Source: Candidatus Jordarchaeales archaeon (GTDB lineage: Archaea; Asgardarchaeota; Jordiarchaeia; Jordiarchaeales; Freyrarchaeaceae). From it: a stretch of DNA of 22,741 nucleotides. Below the pieces are notes generated by a model. The model worked only from the letters and a program-made list of their open reading frames with translations, searched no databases and was not told the origin of the DNA. The DNA lies in contig JAWAHN010000004.1 of NCBI GenBank assembly GCA_038889235.1, positions 1-22,741 of the forward strand, given 5' to 3'. The position numbers were made by a program, and so were the translations under genes. Below, in pieces: positions 15,095-22,741 of this stretch (within the stretch, counting starts at the first letter, position 1; each line of letters opens with the position of its first letter).

Positions 15095-16345
15095 CTAAGT
15101 GAATATCCTAATTTTTTCTATTTCTTGCGCCCTCTCTTCTCCTAGGAGCATTCTCACTATTTCCATGGCTTTCTCGACGGCTTTCTTCGCGTTTTCCTCG
15201 TCTACGCTCGCGTACCCGTGCTCGAGCTTCGAGTTGTTTCGGAGGTTTGACACGAACTGGAGGTTCTTCACGACCTCATCTATCTGGCTTATCGGGTTGA
15301 TGATGTTGAGCAGCTGAAGACCCTTCCACAGCGTCAGGTGTTCAGGCGGGTTTTCTTCGCACTCCAGCTTCCTGAGGACCTCCCGGCTGTTTGGTATCTG
15401 CTGCCAGTTTACGTTCCAGGGATTCACCTTGTTCTCGAGCAGCCTCAGCTGAACGGCGGCTTCGACCGCTCTGTAGGCTCTGAGGACTGCTTCAGCGTAC
15501 TGCCTCGTCTTAAGCCTCCTCTCAGCGTTCGCAAGGAACTCGAGTGGGGCGAGGTGCCCGTCCTCGGTGCTGAGCTCCGCTCCCCTGTTCTGGCAATCCT
15601 TCAGCGCCTTCAAGGCTTTGACGAGACGGTTTCCTATGCTTCTAAGCTTGACCACGTTTTCCGGTATCCTGCCTAGGGCCTGGAGCGGTAGGAGCGCTTC
15701 TGCTTCGCTGCCGATTTCATTGATTATTTTCACAGCCTCCTCGTGTTCGAACGAGTCCCACAGCCAGAGGGCGGTGCACGCCTTTTTGAGGAACGTGTAT
15801 GTGTCAGGGAGCTCCTTCGAGCGCTCGAGCGCGAGGTAGAACTGGTAGCTTTCCACGTACGCCACAACCCTGTCGGCGACCTCTTCAACAGCCGTTTTGT
15901 AGTCTTTCTTGACAACCATGCGTCCACTGACGCGCCCTCTATCGTCCCTGACTGCTCCCCCAACGTACTCGAAGACCACCTTGAAGGGGGCCCTAGTGGC
16001 GAACACGTGGAAGGCTGCAGCAGACAGGGGCTTCGTTCCGCCGGTGAAGTTGACTATCACTTCGCCCGCCTTCATGTCCGCCAGCTCTTTGACCAATTTT
16101 TTGAACGCCTCAACACATAAACTAACGTCTTCGGGGTCTTCCACCTCAAGCCGCACTACCTTCTTCTCCATGGCCCCAGCGTAGTCCAGCACTCTCCTAG
16201 CCACGTCTAAAGGGCTTGGATGCTGGCCGGGGAACGGGCGGCCGTGCACGAGGTAGACGAGGTCAACGTCGTTGGTTTTGACCGACTCTACTATCGGCTC
16301 GTGAGTCGTTCCGACCGTTGCAACTAGCACCCTCACAGAACCCAC
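15095..16345 (-). CDS. CARF-HEPN cOA-activated ribonuclease (TIGR02710/Csm6-like)
   Basis: CARF motifs LVATVGTT and VNFTGGTKPLS, a helical middle region (ANAERR...AVLRAYRAVE) and the HEPN motif RNNSKLEH (Rx6H). Alternative start GTG 16336. Confidence 0.88.
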   Translation of the reverse strand: MGSVRVLVATVGTTHEPIVESVKTNDVDLVYLVHGRPFPGQHPSPLDVARRVLDYAGAMEKKVVRLEVEDPEDVSLCVEAFKKLVKELADMKAGEVIVNFTGGTKPLSAAAFHVFATRAPFKVVFEYVGGAVRDDRGRVSGRMVVKKDYKTAVEEVADRVVAYVESYQFYLALERSKELPDTYTFLKKACTALWLWDSFEHEEAVKIINEIGSEAEALLPLQALGRIPENVVKLRSIGNRLVKALKALKDCQNRGAELSTEDGHLAPLEFLANAERRLKTRQYAEAVLRAYRAVEAAVQLRLLENKVNPWNVNWQQIPNSREVLRKLECEENPPEHLTLWKGLQLLNIINPISQIDEVVKNLQFVSNLRNNSKLEHGYASVDEENAKKAVEKAMEIVRMLLGEERAQEIEKIRIFT

Positions 16346-16384
16346 CTCAAACCTACCTCGCCCAGGAGTGCGCTAAAACTCTAC

Positions 16385-17053
16385 CTACCCCTTTTCCTGG
16401 AGGAGGTCTCTCTTGAGGTCGTCCGGTGAGATTATCCAGATTAGCTTTTTCTGTTTTTCGTAAACGTACACGAGTGGAACCTTGAGGGCTGTGGCCATCT
16501 TGTAAAAGGCTATAGTGGCAGGCTTCGTTGCCGCCGTGCAGTCCATGACAACCTTGTAGTCTCTCATCAACTCCTCAAGCTTCCCGCGCACCCTCTCCTC
16601 AACCGAGTCCACGTTCGTTATCTCCTGGTCTGACAACAGCACCCACTCAGCCCTAACGGACGCTTTCTCCCAGTCCGAGGCGGCCCTGTAAGTCGTGACC
16701 ACAACAACCTTAGACGGTTTAACCCCCTCCATCTCCAGGAGCTTGACCGCTGTGTCGGTCTCAGCTTCCTTCCTCTCACCCCTCTCGCCGAGAAGCCCGA
16801 AGTAAGCGTACTCGCACGGCGCATCAAAAAGATAAAATAAGGGGGTCTTGACGGCGAGCTTGATGAAGCCACGCCCAACCCTAACCACAAGTCCACCTTT
16901 CTCGAGCAGCCTAAGGTTGTACTCCAACGTCGACCTAGGAATCCCCGTCTCCCTTGCCACCTGGCTGAAGTTCGCCTCGCCCCCGCTGAGCGCCAACGCT
17001 TTCAGGATGGCTCTAGCCTTCCTTCTGAGAAGTAGGTTGTAATCCACCCTCAA
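16385..17053 (-). CDS. N-terminal ArsR-like wHTH plus C-terminal CARF domain protein
   Basis: wHTH FSQVARETGIPRSTLEYNLRLLEKGGLV. CARF-like AYFGLLG...KVVVVTT...VMDCTAATKP...PLVYVYE. Confidence 0.8.
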   Translation of the reverse strand: MRVDYNLLLRRKARAILKALALSGGEANFSQVARETGIPRSTLEYNLRLLEKGGLVVRVGRGFIKLAVKTPLFYLFDAPCEYAYFGLLGERGERKEAETDTAVKLLEMEGVKPSKVVVVTTYRAASDWEKASVRAEWVLLSDQEITNVDSVEERVRGKLEELMRDYKVVMDCTAATKPATIAFYKMATALKVPLVYVYEKQKKLIWIISPDDLKRDLLQEKG

Positions 17054-17133
17054 GGAAAGACCTCCCTGAACAAGTGTGAGCGGCGTGACTGGACTTCCAA
17101 GCTAGAAAGGGGGTGCTGTGTCCCGTTAGGGGT

Positions 17134-17979
17134 TTAGGTCTGGCTGGGCTTCTTCGACCCCCAGAAGTCTTCAACGGACTTCCAGAGTACTTTCCCCATC
17201 TCGGTTGGGTACACCTCCCCTTCCTTCTCTTCAGCCCATCCGAGCCTTATAGCGTGGTCCACTATCTTCTTACCGTACTGTCTTTCGAGCGCGGTCCTCG
17301 CGGTAGACCCGACGGTGACAAGGCCGCCTATGAGGGATGTTAAATTCTCCCACCTTCTAAACTTGACAGGCATCGCCGGTATGCGTATCACCTTCCTGAA
17401 GTGCTCGTGAACGTAGAACACCGGAGCACCTGTTCCAGGAGAGTTTGCCGCGAGGATAGCTATCGCCGCCTCGGGTTTGAAACCCCCAGTCGCGTGGACG
17501 TACACCCTGTCCCCCTCCTCCTTGTGGTATCTTATGATGTTGGTTATCATGCTGAACAAGTTCGCTAGCCCGTCGTTGAAAGTGTCCGGCTTACCTAGCC
17601 CTAGAACTTTGGCGGTTTTCACTGACACCCTCCCGCCGTACTCCTCTGACGAAAGCTTCTCCAGGCACAGCTTCAAAACCTCGGAGCACACTTCTCCTAT
17701 CATGGTGTCCGAGAATAACAGGTAAACCCACTGCTGCATTTTAGACTCGTAGCCTTCCACCAGCAGGTCGAATATGGTGTTAAGCTCGGCGCTCGCATCC
17801 CTCGGATTCTTCAAAACGAAGTCTACCAGCTTATCGACAAGCTCTTCCTTGCTCAGCCTCCCGTCAGCGAGCATTTTCTCGACTTCCGGCAGAGCTGCAC
17901 TGATGACCCCAACCCTTTGCGCGTTCGTAACTATCGAGGCGCCAACAAGAACAACGTGCGCTAAACCCGCCAAAAACAA
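17134..17979 (-). CDS. APE2256/SSO1393-family CARF protein (putative cA4 ring nuclease) with C-terminal wHTH
   Basis: VGASIVTNA, SAELN, LLFSDT..GEVC, FNDGLANL, HATGGFKPE and YVHEHF motifs. SSO1393 is a characterised ring nuclease. Probable start TTG 17973. Confidence 0.88.
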   Translation of the reverse strand: MFLAGLAHVVLVGASIVTNAQRVGVISAALPEVEKMLADGRLSKEELVDKLVDFVLKNPRDASAELNTIFDLLVEGYESKMQQWVYLLFSDTMIGEVCSEVLKLCLEKLSSEEYGGRVSVKTAKVLGLGKPDTFNDGLANLFSMITNIIRYHKEEGDRVYVHATGGFKPEAAIAILAANSPGTGAPVFYVHEHFRKVIRIPAMPVKFRRWENLTSLIGGLVTVGSTARTALERQYGKKIVDHAIRLGWAEEKEGEVYPTEMGKVLWKSVEDFWGSKKPSQT

Positions 17980-18012
17980 CCCCCCAACAAAACTAACTGA
18001 GAGAAGACTCCC

Positions 18013-18022
18013 CTTATATATT
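18013..18022 (-). promoter_or_regulatory. TATA box of the CARF operon
   Basis: Minus strand reads GAATATATAAG about 35-40 nt upstream of the start, with a GGGGGG RBS in between. Confidence 0.45.
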
Positions 18023-18344
18023 CAGCTGGATTTCTCGAAGCCGGAACACCTCGCCTTCCACGAAAACACCCAAAAACTCCCCGGGGAGACTCATAGCCAT
18101 GCGAACACACGCCCGTGAACACCCCGGGTCTGAGAGCACCGTTCACGCTTGATGCTTCAACGGTCGACCGCAGCGACGCAAACACCAGGATACGAGTTGG
18201 AAAATAGTGCCAAAAATTCGGTCCATTATTGAACAATTATACAAAAATTTTTCTATCAATGATTTTTTGTTCCAGCAATCTTTATATTTGTAAAAATAAC
18301 TTATACTACTCTGTTTGAGATCCATCCCTCTTGGAGGAGAAGAT

Positions 18345-21300
18345 ATGGATTACTGGGATGGTAAGATAGCAGGCCTTCTCCATGACCCTCTCGACAAAGT
18401 TTTCAGGGCAAACCACGAGGTTTTCGCGGAAAATGTCGCGTCAATGGTTCTGGCTGGATCTAAGGTTGACGTTAATGGTATTGTAAAGGCGATTAAAACC
18501 CACCACTTGGGTGGATACTTGAGATTCCCCGATATGGCTGCGTCCGCATCTAACAGGACTCTTATCCCCTCTGTCAATCCCAGCAGGGTTCTGCTTCAAA
18601 ACCCATTCTCCGGGGTCTTGTTCGACTTAGGTCTCTTACCCCCATTCTCGCTGAGTAGCAACGTTCAGTCTGTCACAAGCCTAGCTGCTGGCGCCACTGG
18701 GAAAGAGGCTGCACTCCGCGTGCTGAGTAGACTTATCAATGTTTACATGAACATTTGGAAGGGCGGGGTTAAAAGCGTCGAAAAATCGCTTCTTTTGATC
18801 CCCGAGGACACGCGTATTCCCTCGTCGCCCATGATTTCCCACCTTCAGATGACCAGCGCGCTGACGGACGTCGCCGAGACCCTGGGCTTCTACATGGTCT
18901 ACATTGACATAGGCGGGGTCCAGGAGTTCATCTCTGTTTCGAGGAGGACTGTTGACTTTTGGGCCTCAAGCTACCTTGTGTCCCTCGTCAGCCTCTCAGC
19001 ACTCCTCCCGCTCGTGAGAAAGTTTGGCCTCCAGCAGGTTATCATCCCGTGGTGCCTCCGCTCACCCCTCGTGGAGACCTGCCTTTCCGGCGAAAAGATA
19101 AGCTTGGACGACGTTTTGAGCTCAACTATCCCAAACTCCGCGCTGGTGCTACTCAAGGGTACACCGGACGGCGACTTAAATGAAGAAGAGATAAGGAAAA
19201 TGATCCATGACGGTATGACCGAGTTTTGGAGCGGTGTTTGCGACGTTTTCCTCGAAAAGCTAAGAAATGATTACGGTGTTAGTGAGGAGGTGGAGAGGCA
19301 AATCAGGAGACAGATGGAGTTCTCATCCATTTTCACCAGGATTAGAGTGGCTGTTTTAAACACTAGAGACCTTTTAGAAGGTAAGGGGGAGGTGTGTGTT
19401 AGAGATGTTTACAAGAGGGCGCGCGAGGAGGGAGGGTTTGACCGGCTGGCCGAGCTCAAGAACAAGCTTGCAGAGCTCGGGTTGGGTTATGAAAGCTACC
19501 CGCTTGAGGATTTCGAGGCCATAATGAAAACCCTCACCGTAGTTATGGGGTCGCGGAAACAGTATGAGGCTTTTAGCGCGGAGACTGTTCCCAGGGGGAG
19601 GGTTAAGTGCAGCCTGTGCGGCGTACGCGACCACCTTGGGTTCAGCGATGAAGCGTGGAGCAAGATGGAGGAGAAGGTAGTCGACCGTGGTGAGCGGCTC
19701 TGCGCTATCTGCCTACTGAAGAGAGTTTTCAGGGACATTCTGCCAAAAGTCATAGAGAAGCTTGGTGGAAAGATGGATGCTAGTGGGAGCAGGTTTAAGG
19801 TACCATCTGTGAGCGACGTCGCGACAACTTGGTTCAGGGCTTCGGTGCTCTCACTCATCCTAGCAGCCGTCGAGCTCAACCGGCTTGACGAAGTCCAAGA
19901 AGCGGCCAAAAAGATTTTAGAATACCTGGATAAAGCCGGCGAGCTCGCCGGGGAGAAGTGGGAGACGAGTGAGCGAGTCTTCCCGAACAAGCTGATCGAG
20001 CAACTCTACGACAAGATTTTAAAGAAGCTCTCCAAGGTGGCCGAGAATAGGGATTTGCAGGCTAAGGTGGGTGTTCTTTCGAAGCTTGCGGACGCGATGT
20101 GTTTTGCAAGCTCCTCGATCCTGCTGTTAGAAGAGCTGACCGCGAGAGCCATCCGTTCAGGTATGCCGAGGCAGATGTTGGAAGGGGTCGAGGAGAGCCA
20201 TAATGATGCGATCAGAGCACTCAGGAAGCTTTACGAGAGGAAGCCGGATCTCCTCGAGGCGGCGTCCAAGAAGCTCTTTGAGCAGGTTTGCTCCCTCCTA
20301 AAGCTAAGCGGCTCTGGTCAACAAGTTAGCTCGAAGATTGCTGAAGTCATACTATCGCCCATCCAGAGGAATTGTGAAATTCTCGCGAAAAAGGCTGCGA
20401 AACAAGAACAGCCCCCATTGATGGGGATTGAAAAGAAAAAGGAGGTTAAGAAGCTCCCAGTGCCGGTCAGCTTTCTCCCACAGAACAGGTTTGCCCTCCT
20501 TAGAATGGACGGTGACGACGTTGGGAAGTGGATTAGCGGCGAGCTCCTCCCGCCATGGCAGATACTGATTGCACCCACCAACGAAGACCAGACGACAGAA
20601 CATCGAAAAATGCTTAAGAGGAAAGCTGGCGACGACTTTGGCGACGTTTACTCCAGGCATAGGACTATCTCGCCCTCAACGCTCTCCGTCCTCTCTATGG
20701 TCATCTCCTCCAACGTTCCAGTCGTGAAGTCTGTGGTGGAGGCATTCGGCGGCTTCCTAGTTTACACTGGAGGGGACGACGTGCTGGCTTTCCTCCCGCC
20801 AGAGGTCTGGCACTACGTCTACCTGCTTCTCAGGTTCCTCTACTCCAGGGAGATAATGGACTGCTTCAAGCTAGACAATGATTGGCTCTACGTTTACGGA
20901 ATGGGAGCGAGGGCGACTGCATCATTCTCTGTGATCGTGGCACACCACAAGGCGCACTTGAAACAGGTCATAAGACGCTCGCAGGAACTGCTCGATCGCC
21001 TGGCAAAGGAGCTGGTGAGGAAGGGGGCAGAGGGGGGCGTCAAGGTGAAGGATGGGCTCTCCGTGGTTTTGATGTCTAGGTCGGCTCCAACAGTGACGGC
21101 CCGCGCCATACCAAACATGCTGGTTAGGAGCGGGGGCAGAAATCTTTCCATCAGGGAGCTCGACGAGAGGGCCAAAAGGGAAGCTAAGGGTAAGATCACG
21201 GCGATGGATAGTGGTGTTGTGGAGTTATGGAAGGACACGTTTACCCCTATAATCAAGGCGGTTTACGGGCAAGATGCACGCACGAGCGCGTACAGGGACG

Positions 21301-21773
21301 TCTACGGTAAGGCTTCGGACCTTTACTTCGCCGGGGTGGCGCCAGACCCAGGCGGAATAATAGACTGGGAGACGGTTAGTGCTCCCGGCGGAGTGACGGA
21401 CGGCGTTGTTTACACACCGCTATCGGACGCTATCGCCTTATGCGACCTCGTCGCGTCTGGAACTGTGAGCTCGGAGGCATTCTACAAAATACACGAACTT
21501 TACGAGGAAATAACGAGCGGAAAGATAGGGCAGGAGGACTTGAACGCTAGGCTCACCGTTCTTCGCGCCGAAATCAAACACAAGCTTAGGAAGAAGGACG
21601 AGGAGGGATATCCGGTGGCAGAAGTGCTCTTAAAGTCTGTGGAGAAGTTTATGTCCGAAGAGTTCCTTATTGGTGAAGGGGGGGAGGCATTGAGTCTTCT
21701 CGAGGTTGTCCCGCTTTCGCTTGTGCTTTCAAGGTGTTTGGAGAACACAGTTTTAAGTCTCGGAGGGTGGTAG
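18345..21773 (+). CDS. cas10: Type III-B Cas10/Cmr2 (HD, Zn finger, two Palm domains, intact GGDD)
   Basis: H13D14 (LLHDP), C422xxC425 and C453xxC456, RMDGDD (D722), YTGGDD (809-812). ATG 18345 after GGAGGAG, 1142 aa, followed by cmr3. Confidence 0.96.
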   Translation: MDYWDGKIAGLLHDPLDKVFRANHEVFAENVASMVLAGSKVDVNGIVKAIKTHHLGGYLRFPDMAASASNRTLIPSVNPSRVLLQNPFSGVLFDLGLLPPFSLSSNVQSVTSLAAGATGKEAALRVLSRLINVYMNIWKGGVKSVEKSLLLIPEDTRIPSSPMISHLQMTSALTDVAETLGFYMVYIDIGGVQEFISVSRRTVDFWASSYLVSLVSLSALLPLVRKFGLQQVIIPWCLRSPLVETCLSGEKISLDDVLSSTIPNSALVLLKGTPDGDLNEEEIRKMIHDGMTEFWSGVCDVFLEKLRNDYGVSEEVERQIRRQMEFSSIFTRIRVAVLNTRDLLEGKGEVCVRDVYKRAREEGGFDRLAELKNKLAELGLGYESYPLEDFEAIMKTLTVVMGSRKQYEAFSAETVPRGRVKCSLCGVRDHLGFSDEAWSKMEEKVVDRGERLCAICLLKRVFRDILPKVIEKLGGKMDASGSRFKVPSVSDVATTWFRASVLSLILAAVELNRLDEVQEAAKKILEYLDKAGELAGEKWETSERVFPNKLIEQLYDKILKKLSKVAENRDLQAKVGVLSKLADAMCFASSSILLLEELTARAIRSGMPRQMLEGVEESHNDAIRALRKLYERKPDLLEAASKKLFEQVCSLLKLSGSGQQVSSKIAEVILSPIQRNCEILAKKAAKQEQPPLMGIEKKKEVKKLPVPVSFLPQNRFALLRMDGDDVGKWISGELLPPWQILIAPTNEDQTTEHRKMLKRKAGDDFGDVYSRHRTISPSTLSVLSMVISSNVPVVKSVVEAFGGFLVYTGGDDVLAFLPPEVWHYVYLLLRFLYSREIMDCFKLDNDWLYVYGMGARATASFSVIVAHHKAHLKQVIRRSQELLDRLAKELVRKGAEGGVKVKDGLSVVLMSRSAPTVTARAIPNMLVRSGGRNLSIRELDERAKREAKGKITAMDSGVVELWKDTFTPIIKAVYGQDARTSAYRDVYGKASDLYFAGVAPDPGGIIDWETVSAPGGVTDGVVYTPLSDAIALCDLVASGTVSSEAFYKIHELYEEITSGKIGQEDLNARLTVLRAEIKHKLRKKDEEGYPVAEVLLKSVEKFMSEEFLIGEGGEALSLLEVVPLSLVLSRCLENTVLSLGGW

Positions 21774-21774
21774 T

Positions 21775-22741
21775 CTGCCGGATAAAGGGACATTCTTGGA
21801 AGTGGTGATGAAGCCGCGGGGGGAGCTGCTCTTCAGGACCCCAACCCCCTTTGCCCTCGGAGGATACGCTGAGACGCAGCCGCGTCCATCCGAGTTTAGT
21901 GTGGCCGGAATGCTGCGCTCAGCCATAATGGACCTATCGGAGGAGAAGGACATTCCCAAGGACGTTTTGGAGGAAATCCTAGGGAAGGCGAAGGGGTACA
22001 CTACCTACGACTTCTGCTGGAAACTAGTTGGGCCATACTTCCTAAAAGGTGACAGTGAGGTCTTCTATCCGATCCCACTAGACGTGTTCGTAATCGAAGA
22101 AGAGGGGGCACGCATACGCCTAGCTGACTGGCTTATCCCACAACTGGAGGAGGTGAATGGAGGGTTCAGGGAGTTACTGGCCCCGTCGGCGTTTAAGGGT
22201 GAGAGCGCACGAAAAAGGTACTGGCTTGTCAGCTCGAAGTTCATGAAGAAGTACCTTGACGGAGAGAGGGGGTTTGACGAGAAGGAGGCGGTTAGAGGCG
22301 GAGACGTCTACAGGCTGAAGACGCACCCCCACGTGAAGCTGAGCAGAGAGACTAAAACGGTTGAGGTGGTAGGCGGGGAGGGAATGTACTTCGCTGTTGA
22401 GAGGCTAGTCCTCAGGGATGGCTGGTCTTTCATAGCCGGGGTGCAGCTCGACAACTGCGGGAAGCCGGATAAAGTTAAGGAGGTATTCCTCAACTTAAAC
22501 GGAACTATTGCCAGGCTTGGCGGAGAGGGCGGGCTAGTGGAGTTAGAGGTTAGGGAGGCCAAATCACTTCTAGAGGCGGAAGCAGGGGGTAATGTTGGAG
22601 ACGGGGGTAGGGTCAGGCTTGTGCTGACTTCTTCGGCGGTCTTCGGGGACGGCAGCAGGTCCTCGTTCCTACCAAATCTGAGTGGTGTGAAGGGCTGCGC
22701 TTGCGCACGTGTTGCCGTCGGGGGTTGGGATTATGTGGCTA
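21775..22741 (+). CDS. cmr3: Type III-B Cmr3 (partial; runs off the window end)
   Basis: Manually translated open frame absent from the ORF track: FLEVVMKPRGELLFR, KLVGPYF, YPIPLD, RLGGEG, LVLTS, GGWD. Start uncertain (CTG 21775, TTG 21796 or ATG 21808). Confidence 0.92.
   Translation, partial: MPDKGTFLEVVMKPRGELLFRTPTPFALGGYAETQPRPSEFSVAGMLRSAIMDLSEEKDIPKDVLEEILGKAKGYTTYDFCWKLVGPYFLKGDSEVFYPIPLDVFVIEEEGARIRLADWLIPQLEEVNGGFRELLAPSAFKGESARKRYWLVSSKFMKKYLDGERGFDEKEAVRGGDVYRLKTHPHVKLSRETKTVEVVGGEGMYFAVERLVLRDGWSFIAGVQLDNCGKPDKVKEVFLNLNGTIARLGGEGGLVELEVREAKSLLEAEAGGNVGDGGRVRLVLTSSAVFGDGSRSSFLPNLSGVKGCACARVAVGGWDYVA

Noticed and set aside
17961-18325. Short minus-strand ORFs (91 aa and 60 aa) in the divergent intergenic region
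   Set aside because: They overlap promoters and neighbouring gene starts, and have no RBS or motifs.
1-22741. tRNA/rRNA genes, transposases, integrases, terminal repeats
   Set aside because: None recognised by eye. No integrase or att-like repeat flanks the ATPase module, so a mobile-element call is unsupported.

Overview
An archaeal CRISPR-Cas locus (TATA/BRE promoters, GGAGG/GGTG ribosome-binding sites, frequent TTG/GTG starts). No CRISPR array or cas6 is visible in the window. From left to right: (1) an extremely G+T-rich non-coding stretch of about 450 bp; (2) an adaptation operon, DUF2797-like Zn/GIY-YIG-type gene-cas1-cas2-cas4 (+); (3) a non-cas insert, MoxR-type AAA+ ATPase, HExxH-metallopeptidase/vWA (DUF2201-like) and an orphan Zn-finger protein (+); (4) a convergent type I-A interference operon, csa5-cas7-cas5-cas3'-cas3''-cas8a (-); (5) csa3 (+) and an Rnl2-like RNA ligase (+); (6) three CARF genes (-): an SSO1393/APE2256-type ring-nuclease candidate, a wHTH-CARF protein with reversed domain order and a CARF-HEPN RNase; (7) the start of a type III-B operon, an enlarged cas10/cmr2 and a partial cmr3 (+). 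The best novel-system candidates are the AAA+/peptidase-vWA/Zn-finger module, which shares a 22-23 bp promoter motif with csa3, the RNA ligase inside the cOA-signalling cluster, and the DUF2797 gene in the slot usually held by csa1. All family calls come from motif recognition by eye; no database searches were run.
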